Shown here: positions 16,381-29,184 of the stretch, piece after piece
Position numbering within the stretch: the first letter of the stretch is position 1
Layout: the number at the start of each line of letters is the position of its first letter
Source of the DNA: Chrysomallon squamiferum
Lineage: Eukaryota > Animalia > Mollusca
DNA length: 64,000 nucleotides
NCBI GenBank assembly: GCA_012295275.1
Contig: CM022669.1
Span: 1,240,001-1,304,000, forward strand
Direction: 5' to 3'
Made by a program: the position numbers and the translations under genes
The notes under the pieces: generated by a model
Told to the model about the DNA's origin: nothing
Database searches by the model: none
Seen by the model: only the letters and a program-made list of their open reading frames with translations

Positions 16381-16503
16381 TTACTTTTTTTACTTATTTG
16401 TTTATTGTTTATTTTTATTCTTTCTACTGTTCATTTGAAAAAGGAGCATCAATAATTAAAAAAAACTAAAGTAAGTAAATCAATAATTAAAATAATTAAA
16501 AAA

Positions 16504-16538
<35 letters not shown>

Positions 16539-17029
16539 AACAAATAAATAAAATAAAATACTTTAAAACAAAATAAAATAAATAAATGAACGAATGAATG
16601 CAAATAAACAAAGAAATAAGTAAGTAAGTAAATAAGTAAAGAAATAAAGAAATAAAGAAAAAATGTAAATAAAATATTGAAATATTCTTGCCCATCTGAA
16701 CAGTCAAGTTCTAAATTTAATCTTTCATTACCTTTTTCATTAATTATTTTTTTTATCAGTATCGCATTTATTTACTTTCTTTTCGATATCTATTTCTTTA
16801 TTTGAATTACTCTTTTTTTATTATAAAAGAAGATCAACCAATCTGATATTCCTATAATTTATTTCTATATTTATTTATTTGTTTGTTTGTTTGTTTGTTT
16901 GTTTGTTTGTTTGTTTATTTATTTATTTGTTTGTTTGTTTGTTTGTTTATTTATTTATTTGTTTATTTATTTGATGCGTTTCTGTTTTTTCTTTTCTGTT
17001 TTATTTCTTCTTTCCTTGTTGCTTTATTT

Positions 17030-17516
17030 CTATGACTAGTTTCTTTTACTAGTAGTAGTAAGCAATCTCATTTAGAAATGATTTCTATTTGAGTTTGTAT
17101 TACTAGTTTCAGTAAATAATGTTACTTAGAAATGATTTCTATTGAGCTTCATGACTAGTTTCAGTAACTAATGTTACTTAGAAATGATTTCTATTTGAGT
17201 TTCATGACTAGTTTCAGTAAATACTGTTACTTAGAAATGATTTCTATTTGAGTTTCTATGACTAGTTTCAGTAACTAATGTTACTTAGAAATGATTTCTA
17301 TTTGAGTTTCTATGACTAGTTTCAGTAACTAGTGTTACTTAGAAATGATTTGTATTCAGTTTGTATGACTAGTTTCAGTAACTAATGTTACTTAGAAATG
17401 ATTTCTATTCAGTTTCTATGACTAGTTTCAGTAAATAATGTTACTTAGAAATGATTTCTATTTGAGTTTCTATGACTAGTTTCAGTAACTAATGTTACTT
17501 AGAAATGATTTCTATT
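17030..17516. repeat. 53-54-bp minisatellite (ATGACTAGTTTCAGTAACTAATGTTACTTAGAAATGATTTCTATTTGAGTTTCT), ~9 copies
   Basis: Unit starts at 17258 and 17312; the array runs into the polypyrimidine tract of the next exon. Confidence 0.92.
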
Positions 17517-17533
17517 TTTTGTTTTTTCCTCAG

Positions 17534-17641
17534 GACGACCAGGTGCAAAAGGTTCGCCCGGAAATGACGTAGTCTTGGCGCGCGTGCCCCGGGGTATTAA
17601 AAGAAATGCTAACGCTATCATGGGACCGCCAGGACCAAAAG
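17534..17641 (+). CDS. Collagen exon (108 nt): GRPGAKGSPGND-VVLARVPRGIKRNANAIM-GPPGPK, with an 18-aa helix interruption
   Basis: cctcAG acceptor, G|GTTTGT donor, phase 1-1, Gly-X-Y at both ends. Confidence 0.88.
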
Positions 17642-18006
17642 GTTTGTGTAGTTATTCATGTACAGTGAACAAAAAAAGTTAAGTTCATAAAATATTTCTC
17701 TGTGTGCAAGTAGAAGCTTCTTTCACCTCGGAGAAATAATTTCATTCTAATGACACAAATGAAATACGCATTTAAAAACAATGCATCCAAATATCATCAA
17801 TCATAAACTATTTTGTTCAGTACACCTTTTTTTATGTTTTGATTTATTTTTGTGTTTTTCACAACATTTCACACAAAAATATGATCTGTTTGATTTTATT
17901 TATTTATTTATTTAGTTAGTCAGTTAGTTAGTTGATTAGTTTACTGTTCAATTGTTTATTATATTGTTATTATTATTATCATTATTATCACTATCATCAT
18001 CATTAA

Positions 18007-18054
<48 letters not shown>

Positions 18055-18175
18055 GTATTGTTATTGCTTTTGTTGTTGATCTTGTTGTTGTTAGACTAAT
18101 ATTTGAAATGCTCTTACTTCAACTGTAAATCGTGTTATGCTGATTTCAACAGAGAAATATTTTAATTAATTTCAG

Positions 18176-18292
18176 GCGAGCAAGGCATGCCGGGATACCC
18201 TGGTGAAAAGGGAGACAAGGGGGATGCGGGATTTCCTGGACCACGTGGTCCTCCCGGTCTGCCTGGACAAGACGGACTTGATGGACTTGACG
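18176..18292 (+). CDS. Collagen exon (117 nt): [39 protein letters not shown]
   Basis: ttcAG/GTAGAT boundaries, 13 perfect triplets. Confidence 0.93.
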
Positions 18293-18610
18293 GTAGATCA
18301 CAAACATAAAACTCATTAACTGATTCTATAAATCACGTAATCAGAAAATCAATATATATGTTATATGTTATAAGAATTTGAAATTTGGAGACTATAAATT
18401 AGTTATGTAAGTTGTGAAAAAGTCATGAAATCTCGAAACTATTAATTAATTTATTAATTATATAAATTATAAAACTATATATATATATATATATATATTG
18501 GAAAAAGTCACTAAATTTAAAAATCATAAACTAATTATGTTAGGAAAAAGCAATGAAATCAGAAAACACACAACACTTTGGCTAATTTGTGTTTTGTTCT
18601 GTAACTGCAG

Positions 18611-18691
18611 GCATGACTGGTGCTAAAGGAGAAAAAGGAGACAAAGGAGACAGAGGACTTTTAGGTTTCCCAGGAGGAAAAGGACCAGTCG
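18611..18691 (+). CDS. Collagen exon (81 nt): [27 protein letters not shown]
   Basis: tgcAG/GTGAGT boundaries, 9 triplets. Confidence 0.93.
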
Positions 18692-18972
18692 GTGAGTGTG
18701 TCTGTCCATCTCAAGATGTCTCTCGTAAAGTGAACAGTTCACTGATTGACAAACGATTTAATAAGCGAAGATACAGCAAATGAAGAAGGACAGTGTAGCG
18801 TGTTGTATTATAAACAAATATTAGAGTAGGTTAAGACTTAGCAGTGTTTGTTGTCTGTCAGGTCACGTAATGACCCGCTTCCACGCGCTGTGTGCGCAGA
18901 CTCTGCTCATCTTAACGCACAGACAGCGAGCTTTGTCTGGCAATACGCATGTTTTATTTTCTTCTCTTTCAG

Positions 18973-19053
18973 GACCGATCGGACCACAGGGTCCGCCAGG
19001 ACCAATGGGAAAAGTGGGAAAAGACGGACTGGACGGACATCCCGGAGTTCCTG
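18973..19053 (+). CDS. Collagen exon (81 nt): GPIGPQGPPGPMGKVGKDGLDGHPGVP
   Basis: tttcAG/GTCAGT boundaries, 9 triplets. Confidence 0.93.
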
Positions 19054-19226
19054 GTCAGTTTCGAATAAATATTTTAAAAACTAGTTCATTTATTTGTTTA
19101 TTCGTTTATCTATTCATTTATTATTATTATTATTATTATTGTTGTTATTATTATTATTATTATTATTATTGTTGTTGTTGTTGTTATTTTTATTATTATT
19201 TATTATTATTATTATTGTTATTGTTG

Positions 19227-19285
<59 letters not shown>

Positions 19286-19472
19286 GTTGTTATTATTTTT
19301 ATTGTTGTTGGTTCTATTGTTATTATTATTCTTTATTATTTTTTTATTATTATTCTTGTTGTTTTTGTCGTTGTTGTTGTTGCTGTAATTATTATTATTA
19401 CTATTACTGTTATTGTTGTTGTTGTTATTATTATTATTGTTATTATTGTTGTTATTGTTGTTACTATTACAG

Positions 19473-19649
19473 GAGTTCCCGGCCGGAACGGCACTGACGG
19501 TATTCCAGGACGGAGAGGTAAGAAAGGTGACAGCGGGACCCCAGGAAAGCCAGGTCCTAGGGGCGAGTCGGGCACGCCCGGTGTCCCTGGGTTCAAAGGT
19601 TACAAAGGAGAGAGGGGCGAGCAGGGCTGGCCAGGCGTTGACTGTCGAT
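19473..19649 (+). CDS. Collagen exon (177 nt): 19 triplets GVPGRNGTD...GWPGVD then CR; end of the triple helix
   Basis: tacAG acceptor, T|GTAAGT donor; NGT glycosylation sequon inside the helix. Confidence 0.92.
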
Positions 19650-19677
19650 GTAAGTAAAACAGTGAATAGAACAACGT

Positions 19678-19810
19678 GATGTGGGGCGGGGTTAGGCGAG
19701 GTGTGGGGCGGGATTAGGCTAGATGTGGGGCGGGGTTAAGCGAGATGTGGGGTGGGGTTAAGCGAGATGTGGGGCGGGGTTCGGCGAGATGCAGGGAGGA
19801 GTTGGGCGAC
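19678..19810. repeat. 22-bp G-rich tandem repeat (GATGTGGGGCGGGGTTAGGCGA) x~6
   Basis: Units at 19681, 19703, 19725, 19747 and 19769. Confidence 0.88.
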
Positions 19811-20135
19811 ACGTTATCCAATCAGCACGTTTCACTGAGAATGACAAAATTCCATGTTGTAAAAAAAGAGCAGAATCTGCGGTGAGACTGACCACTAAAC
19901 GTACAGTACTGTAAAGTGAAGAGGAAAGTTAGAACTGTATAAATTATACATAACACAGTCTCAGCGAGTCGAGCTGACCCAGTTCAGTCGACTGTTGTAG
20001 ACAAAGAGACAGATTATAATAGGAACTTTATTTATTAATACGTACATTTCCTTTGTTAAATATTGTAAGTAATGAAAATGAGATGAAAACAACAAAACAA
20101 AAATGAAATATTTATGTTTTTGTTTTATTTTGTAG

Positions 20136-20162
20136 GTCAAACAAGAAGACAATCAGATCAAG
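20136..20162 (+). CDS. Collagen micro-exon (27 nt): CQTRRQSDQ
   Basis: T-rich tract + tgtAG, G|GTAAGA donor, phase 1-1; completes the C-R-C motif. Confidence 0.72.
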
Positions 20163-20245
<83 letters not shown>

Positions 20246-20915
20246 AACTAGTTTTGAAATAAAAAAAGGTTACACAGTATAATTCAGTGCAATAAATTAT
20301 TTTCAGTTTCAGGTTCCAAACAAAGAAACGCGAATCAAATCAAGCGTAACATTGTTTGCTGATAATGTAGAAAATTACAAAACTCTCAGTCAGAATTAAT
20401 CGCTAAATTAGCAGTAGATTACATCTCAACTCAGACAATGCAAACTAATTTTAGTAAGATAACGTTTCTGTTCCTTGTGGACTGGAAGAGAAACGAAATG
20501 GACGAAATCGCATCGGACAAAACCCTAAAATATCGCTAATCTGGACAAAACCGTGTGGACACACCTGTTCTAGAAAACTAAAGTTTAAAAACGATTTGAC
20601 ACACGTGTACTAGAAAACAGAGACAAAGAGAGACCTGGACAAATCGTTCAAACGTTTAAAACACGTATAATAGAAAACAACAGAACGTTTAAATCTCTGA
20701 CACACATGAAATAGAAAAGAGAAGTCAACGATGGAACTCATTAATGACTTGTGTAAAAAGTAGATTATCAACTGAAATTAGTTTAGTTCGAATTACCTCG
20801 GCTTACGGCTACAAATACCAAGGGGTTAAGAAACGTGTCAGGTTATTAACATGGCAAACCGGTTCACAACACCACTTTGTGTTCACAATACGTAAAACAA
20901 TGACAATAACATACA

Positions 20916-20949
<34 letters not shown>

Positions 20950-21142
20950 AACATACATACATATATACATACATACATAAACATACATACATACATACAT
21001 ACATAAACATACATACATACATTTTTTTTACCAAGTGACGTTTTGAAAACAGATAAAAATGAAAAATAATTAGTAGTAAACGATTAAAAGATGATGATGA
21101 TAAAGAGTGCTTATGTTAATAATTATCTGCAGTCACCATTAC

Positions 21143-21298
<156 letters not shown>

Positions 21299-21681
21299 CT
21301 ATCTATATATCTATTTGAAATAAATATAGGTATTATTCATTCCAAATTATAAACGGTAAACGTAGACACAAAAGAAAAAAAAAAAAGAACTCTGGAACTG
21401 GATATATTTTGTTCCAATGGAACTGCCATATTTTTTCACTAGAGTGAATTTTAATACAGAGATTACCACGAGTCGTTCAGCATCGGTGACTTAGGTTGAG
21501 TACGCATGCCCACCAATTTTATACCAATCCTAATTAGTAGTAATTTTTAAAATATCACTTTCACTCTTTATTTAATTACTTGGTAAATTCGTTTGGCAAT
21601 TTTGATTTGAATATTTTATACAAAAAAGTTAATTAACTGATTAATTAATTAATTAATTTATTTATTTATTATTATTATTAG

Positions 21682-21753
21682 CTTCCATGCAGTTGGACAG
21701 GTATGTTCAGACTGAAGAGGCTGAACCGGAAGGAGAATGGGCTATGTGTCAAG
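21682..21753 (+). CDS. Collagen non-collagenous exon (72 nt): ASMQLDRYVQTEEAEPEGEWAMCQ
   Basis: ttAG/G|GTAATC boundaries, open in phase 1-1, GC-richer than the flanks. Confidence 0.72.
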
Positions 21754-22223
21754 GTAATCTATCATTATCACGTGACTTTTTTTCTATTTTTTTCACATAA
21801 AATGCAAAGATAAATGTAATCAGCAAGATAATTTAATAATTATTTATACATTTTAAATTTTAAATTTTATGATATTTTATTTATTACCAAAAGAAATTAA
21901 ACATACGTCTGTTTTGACGTCGTAATTAGACTCGATGATGAAACCATGTATATTTACTGAAAATTAAACAATTTTAAATAATTTAATACATTATACCATT
22001 GTAAAACAAGAACATAGACTGAATGTTACCTAGTAAGTGCATTCATATTTCAAAATTATCCAATTAGATACCAAATTAATAAGCATAGAAAATATTTCAC
22101 GTTACTAAGCAAAACCATTCATGACGTAACATAATTCATGACGTCATTAACAATGTAAATAAAATATTGATTTATTTTTATATCATTTTATTTTATACAT
22201 ATATTTTATTATTTTGTTTTTAG

Positions 22224-22277
22224 TGCACTGTGTTGATAATTATCGGAGAACACGAACTACACTGAATGACGTAAAAG
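22224..22277 (+). CDS. Collagen non-collagenous exon (54 nt): VHCVDNYRRTRTTLNDVK
   Basis: ttttAG/G|GTAAGT boundaries, phase 1-1, open. Confidence 0.75.
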
Positions 22278-22350
22278 GTAAGTAAAAAAAAATAAGAAAT
22301 ACATTGACATACACACACATACATTGCACATAAACCCATAAACACACACA

Positions 22351-22432
<82 letters not shown>

Positions 22433-22509
22433 TTCAAAATATATTTTGCTTATTGTCAGTTTATTTGTTCGTTTGATCCTTTATTTATTTGTTTATTTAT
22501 TTATTTCAG

Positions 22510-22583
22510 CTGATCCTATTCCACTAAGAAGTGAACCGTCAAATTCAATCCGACCAACAGCATCTCTTCTTTTACTGTTTGTT
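22510..22583 (+). CDS. Collagen penultimate exon (74 nt): ADPIPLRSEPSNSIRPTASLLLLFV
   Basis: tttcAG/GTAAGT boundaries, phase 1-0. Confidence 0.72.
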
Positions 22584-22869
22584 GTAAGTATTGTTACAAC
22601 ATTACTACTACTGCTACTACAACAGCAACTACAACCGCAACAGCGGCTACTTCTAATTTTCACCGTGAGCACCGTTATTGTGGATAGAAATCGTTTTGAT
22701 ATCCTGCAAATACATTTTTTACTTGATTTTCAATTATATCATAATGGGGGTGGTTATTTTAAAAATTAAGAATCTCAACAATAAATATATTTAAGAATTC
22801 ATTTTTTTTTCTCTCGTATTCATTTCATAAATCACATTTATCATGAATAGATCAGAAGTTATTAAAGTT

Positions 22870-23945
22870 TACTGTGTAGCTGAAATTTATTACAAGTGAT
22901 GTTTAGAATAGTTTACTGTGTGTACTTTTATTTATTACAAGTGATGTTTACAATTGTTTACTGTTACTACTGTTATATATAACAAATAATGTTTAGAATT
23001 GTTTACTGTGTGTAGTTGTTATTTATTACAAGTCATGTTTACAACTATTTACTGTTATTTATTACAAGTGATGTTTACACTTGTTTACTGTTATTTATTA
23101 CAAGTGATGTTTACAATTGTTTACTGTTACTACTGTTATATATAACAGAATAGTTTACTGTGTGTACTTTTATTTATTACAAGTGATGTTTAGAATAGTT
23201 TACTGTGTGTACTTTTATTTATTACAAGTCATGTTTACAATTGTTTACTGTTACTACTGTTATATATAACAAATGATGTTTAGAATTGTTTACTGCGTGT
23301 AGTTGTTATTTATTACAAGTCATGTTTACAACTATTTACTGTTATTTATTACAAGTGATGTTTACACTTGTTTACTGTTATTTATTACAAGTGATGTTTA
23401 CAATTGTTTACTGTTGTTTGTTACAAGTGATGTTTACTTTTGTTTACTGTTTGTTGCGAGTGATGTTTACAGTTGTTTACTGTTTTTATTACAAGTGATG
23501 TTTACAGTTGTTTATTGTTGTTTGTTACAAGTGATGTTTACTATTGTTTACTGTTGTTTGTTGCGAGTGATGTTTACAGTTGTTTACTGTTTTTATTACA
23601 AGTGATGTTTACAGTTGTTTACTGTTGTTTATTACAAGTGATGTTTATAGTAGTTTACTGTTGTTTATTACAAGTGATGTTTACAGTAGTTTACTGTTGT
23701 TTATTACAAGTGATGTTTACAGTAGTTTACTGTCGTTTATTACAAGTGATGTTTACAGTAGTTTACTGTCGTTTGTTACAAGTGATGTTTACACTAGTTT
23801 ACTGTCGTTTGTTACAAGTGATGTTTACACTAGTTTACTGTCGTTTATTACAAGTGATGTTTACAGTAGTTTACTGTTGTTTATTACAAGTGATGTTTAC
23901 ACTAGTTTACTGTTGTTTATTACAAGTGATGTTTACACTAGTTTA
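22870..23945. repeat. 36-bp minisatellite (TTATTACAAGTGATGTTTACAGTAGTTTACTGTTGT), ~30 copies
   Basis: 12-aa periodic ORFs; fills the last collagen intron. Confidence 0.93.
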
Positions 23946-23961
23946 TTAACGTGTTTTTCAG

Positions 23962-23994
23962 ACGCTGTCACGCTTGGCTGCCTGTCTCTTTTAG
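23962..23994 (+). CDS. Collagen terminal exon: TLSRLAACLF*
   Basis: gtttttcAG acceptor; phase 0 matches the previous donor; TAG at 23992-23994; unique 3'UTR-like sequence follows. Confidence 0.68.
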   Translation, partial: TLSRLAACLF

Positions 23995-24774
23995 ACATTT
24001 CACTCTTCTGTCTGTAACCCGCGGGAATGAGCCAGGGATCTCACTTGATGTAGGAAACAACGAACGGACGCAGCGAACTTCTTATCTGGCCTCGGTTTCC
24101 AGGAAATGACGTCAATATCGCAAACAAATATTTTTTAGTGGACTGACCAATCAGCTATGCATTCGTGTTATACTCTGTTACAGTCTGGAGATACTTAAAT
24201 GGACACAATGGTTGTGATGGTAACTGACACTGACATTTCAGAATTCTAGGAATGGTGGTGGGGGGATACTTTTATTTCTAAGAACATATATTTACAACGT
24301 AACAGATTGTGCTTATGAAATATGACCTGAAATAAATAAATAAATAAACAAATAAATAAATAAATAAATACATATAATAAAATCATGACTAAATCATCTG
24401 AATTTTCTAATTATTGTTCTGTGTAAAGTAAAGAAATATACTTTAAAGATTCTTTTTTCTTTTTTGTGTTTGTTATTTTTTTCTTTTCTTTCACTCCCGT
24501 TTCTCTCTTTGTTTTTAACGCATATTTCATGATACATTTGTTTTATTTAAGTCTTGTAACTTGTTACATAATTCAGTGGTCGGTTATAGGACTTCACTTT
24601 CTTGTCATGATAAATTACACAGCGTCAGCTGTCATTTTAAATCATTGTAACTGTTTGTACTGTTTATAAAGTGTTAATTTTATATTTATGATGTTTTATT
24701 TGCTTAAAAATGTGTTGATGTTAACTGCACTTATTTCATGTGTATTAATCACGTAGATCAAAGTGATTAATAAT

Positions 24775-25090
24775 TTTAAACGTCATAAGTATATATACAT
24801 AATGTTAATTTAAAACGATATGTGTTATATTGAATTTAAAGTTTATAACTATAATTGTATATTAATTTTAAACGTTATAACTAAATATATTAATTTTAAA
24901 TGTTATAACTGTATCATATTAATTGTAAACGTTATAACTATATAAATTTTAAATGTTATAACTGTATGTTATATTAATTTTAAATGTTACAGTTTTGTGT
25001 TATATTAATTTTTAATGTTATAACTGTGTGTTATATTAATTTTAAACGTTACAACTGTGTGTTATTTTAAACGTTACAACTATATGTTAT
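24775..25090. repeat. Degenerate ~30-bp AT-rich repeat (TTTTAAACGTTATAACTGTATGTTATATTAA)
   Basis: Recurrent ttttaaa(c/t)gttataact cores. Confidence 0.7.
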
Positions 25091-25252
25091 ACACACAACA
25101 TGCAGGCAGATATACATAGCTCACGTGTAACGGGTTGTAAGATGTTTGATTTCTTTTTACATTATTATTTTGCTTGTTTATTTTTATTCATTTTTATCTC
25201 TACAAATTTCTCCCACTTTGTTGTTATTCTAACAGGATCTGAATACAATTTC

Positions 25253-25362
<110 letters not shown>

Positions 25363-25386
25363 TTTCGTCTTCACTATTTTTATTTA

Positions 25387-25435
<49 letters not shown>

Positions 25436-25512
25436 ATTAATATTTAATTTATTTCAGGTTTGCTGTCTATGTATATATTTCAGTATGTATATTTATCTTG
25501 CATTTTGGAGAA

Positions 25513-25518
25513 AATAAA
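25513..25518 (+). promoter_or_regulatory. Candidate polyadenylation signal of the collagen gene
   Basis: AATAAA followed ~25 nt later by a GT/T-rich stretch; alternative AATAAA copies lie near 24330. Confidence 0.35.
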
Positions 25519-25657
25519 TATAAAATACGTATTCAAACGTGTTTTTGTTTTCTCTCTCACTTTCAAACATATACACAGTCAGTAACGTTCTGAGCAGGAA
25601 CATAAAAAATTAAAATAAATAAAAGATAACTAAATAACTAAATAACTAAATAACTAC

Positions 25658-25691
<34 letters not shown>

Positions 25692-26905
25692 GGATGGATG
25701 GATGGATGGATGGATGGATGGATGGATGGATGGATAAATAAATAAATAAAGTAAATAAAATAAAACAGAATTAAATTAAATTAATAGAGTAAAATCACTA
25801 TTAAATATCAATCAGTAAAGGAAAACAATAAAATAAAATAAAAAATCATAAAATAAATAAAATAAAGGAATATTACGCGACAGATATAAAATCGCTTTTA
25901 TTTCTTTTTTCCTTTTAAATCTTTTTTAGCCTCAAACACTTTTTAGTATTTTCTCCAAAATGACTTTTGTTACCAAGACAACAAGTTGTACGTCACATCT
26001 TTCTCCACTAATCTTAAAGATAAGTAAACTAAATATCACTGTTACCAGTTTCATTTATCTTTTATCTTCAGCTAGTTTTCCTTCGTTCTTTAATATGATT
26101 TCTTTAATTTTTATTTTGATTTTATGCTTTTATTTTATTTATTTTTGTATCTATATGTGGCTGGATTACAGGCTGCAGGCAATTATTTATAGAGGTATGC
26201 ATGTATATGTATGTATGTATATATGCATGTATGTGTATGTATGTATGTATGTATGTATGTGTATGTATGCATGTATGTATGCATGCATGTATGTATGTAC
26301 GCATGTATGTGTGAGTGAATGTACGCATGTACGTATATATGTTTGCATTATGTACGTACGTACGTATGTACATAAATATGTATGTATGTATTTATGAATG
26401 TATTGTATATCTCAGATTTATGTTTGTGTTGAAGATTTTATTTTAAAATCAATATGGCAGAGGAACTGTTGATTTGAAAAACAGATCGATTGAAACGTTT
26501 CTACAATTACTGACTTTGCATTGTGATGTTATCGATGTACAGCTACACAAGAAATTGTCACTCTGAGTGTGGTCATCAGACTCCATTTTCTTTCAGATCA
26601 GCTCGTCTCGTTTGTGGCTAACATATTTTGCTTCGTGTCGCAGCCTTTAGAAAGCGTCTCCTTGGAGATCTGGAACAATGAAGATTTATTAGGCGGCCAG
26701 GTAGGGCGTGAAAAACAAAAATTAAAAATTCTTTCTTTTCTGATAAATATCTAAACGTAGATCCAGATCTGAACTGTGTTGAACTAACGGCAATGTTATC
26801 AGCGAAAATGAAAATATCTAACTGTCTGTTAATTTGTCAACAAGATCAATGAAAATGACATCAGAACAGTTCTGTCAAGTAATAACAACAACAACAACCA
26901 TGCAC

Positions 26906-27001
<96 letters not shown>

Positions 27002-27261
27002 TGTTAGTTATTATTGTTCTAAAAGCTTTTCATTTAGGGGAAAGATACTCTACGAAAGTTAAGTAAATAAACCTGTAAGAGTTATCTTTCTTGAATGCCA
27101 GTTTCCAGCTGATTAAAATCATTTATTACGAGGCGTGTTGTATTTTTCTTTCTTTCTTCCCCCGCCCCTCTTTTTGTTTTTTTTCAACAACAATACTGGC
27201 TCGGTTATTAAAACCTGTTTTCTTTTACGGACAGAATTAAATAACTATTTATTTATTTATT

Positions 27262-27384
<123 letters not shown>

Positions 27385-27579
27385 AATGGAGGAAAAATTG
27401 TCCATCCTCTATCTAAGTTTCCTCGCCATCTTTCACGTGTTTTTAAGTATGTTTCTAGTACGCCGGGAACAAACAACGCTAATAAAAACATTACAAGCAG
27501 AAGTATGTGTTGATATAAAGGACTGGACAATTTAGTGTCTGGTATAGACGCATGTTTAAATACTGGTGAAAAGCTAAAA

Positions 27580-27619
<40 letters not shown>

Positions 27620-27685
27620 AATAATAATTAAAATAATAATTAAAATAATAATTAAAATAATAATTAATTAATTAATTAATAATAA

Positions 27686-27716
<31 letters not shown>

Positions 27717-28199
27717 AATTTAGCGAGAGCACCTGCTAGGAATGTATTTATGTTTTAAGTTTATCGAGTTAGTTTAGTGATAAAATCAAAGTGTGAAGTC
27801 CGTTTACAAATAAAAAATAACTGTACACTGATAGTGACCTAATCAGTAGATAACATTGTACACATTAATAATAGTAGCTTAGATTTGTTTAGTTATCACC
27901 AGGACTCCACACAAACATATTTTATTATTATTATTAATATTATTATGATTATTATTATTATTATTATTTATTATTATTATTATCGTTGTTGTTGTTGTTG
28001 TTAAAATTAAACCGTAGTGAAATAGCAGTATCATTTGAGCCAATTTTTTTTTTACATTATAAAATACTGAGTTACACACCACCAACCGAAAGTGTTACAA
28101 AACATTTACAATGACAATTGAGACATTGAAGAGTTTTTAATCAGTTTGCCAGTCGCTACACTGCAGGCTCACAACCATGACAAACTATATGCAAATAAA

Positions 28200-28416
28200 A
28201 AAAATCGTGAAGCTGGACGATTTGTGACAGCACTCTTGACAATCTCTCGTGACTCAGTACTTTGCCGCGGCACAGTTGAAACTCGTTTTGAACAAGCACG
28301 CTGTTCGCCAGTGTGAAGGTCTCCTGGTTACCGAATAACCTGGCGATAACCCGGAAGTCGTACTGAACAGCGTGGGTCCCGCAGGCCTCGCAGCTGTAAG
28401 CGTTCCCCCAGCAGCT
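28200..28416 (+). promoter_or_regulatory. CpG-rich promoter/5'UTR region of the SHFL homologue, with ETS-type CCGGAAGT at 28351-28358
   Basis: Local GC/CpG enrichment directly upstream of ATG 28417. Confidence 0.55.
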
Positions 28417-28455
28417 ATGGCTGCAGCAGACGACGCCGTCGATTTGGTGAAAAAA
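28417..28455 (+). CDS. SHFL: Shiftless homologue exon 1: MAAADDAVDLVKK
   Basis: gctATGG start context, GTAAGT donor in phase 0; resembles the recalled human N-terminus (MSQEGVELEKS). Confidence 0.82.
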
Positions 28456-29013
28456 GTAAGTAAACTGTCGTCGAACGATTTTCTCAGTTTCTTGACCAAG
28501 AAATCTGATCCGTTACGTCGGATATTTCAGTGAAATGCAGTGACCTACTTTTATTACAACTCACATTCTGCTTTATGTTTTTTGTGACTCGTGTTGTTTT
28601 ATTGCTGAATACATTTACCATTTTAGTCATTTTATTATAAACTTACTTTATTTTATTTTATTAACATTTTAATGGGGTTTTTTTTATAATGATTTATTTT
28701 ATTTTAATTTTTTTTTTTTTTAATTTATTTCAAACTGATTTTATTTTATTTCCTTTTATTTTCAATTTATATTATTTCATTTTAAATTTATTTCAGATAG
28801 TTCACTTTATTTTTATTTTTATTTTATTATTTTTATTATTATTTAATTTTTTTTTGCTTTTAACATATCAGTTATATAGATGGGAAAGAAAATGTATTTT
28901 TTTAAAATAAATGTACTTACCTATCCAATTTATTTCTACTGTTATGAATATTATTTATTTATTTACTTATTTATTTATTTATTATTTATTTATTATTTAT
29001 TTACTTATTTAAG

Positions 29014-29125
29014 GCTCGAAGAATTCAGGAATTGTTTCGTGGAAGGTTTTCAGAAGGAGAAGCCTTACTTTTAATCAGACACCAAAATGGTGACGTGACT
29101 GCTGCTGTAGATTTTATTATGACAA
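29014..29125 (+). CDS. SHFL: Shiftless homologue exon 2: ARRIQELFRGRFSEGEALLLIRHQNGDVTAAVDFIMT
   Basis: taAG/GTAGGT boundaries, phase 0-1; resembles human VRRLREKFHGK. Confidence 0.85.
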
Positions 29126-29184
29126 GTAGGTCATACAGATGGAGACAGAGAGAGAAAGAAATTCTGAGTGTGTGTCTGAAGGAA

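Noticed and set aside
28254-28499. Antisense 81-aa ORF over SHFL exon 1
   Set aside because: By-product of the GC-rich promoter region; no splice or family support.
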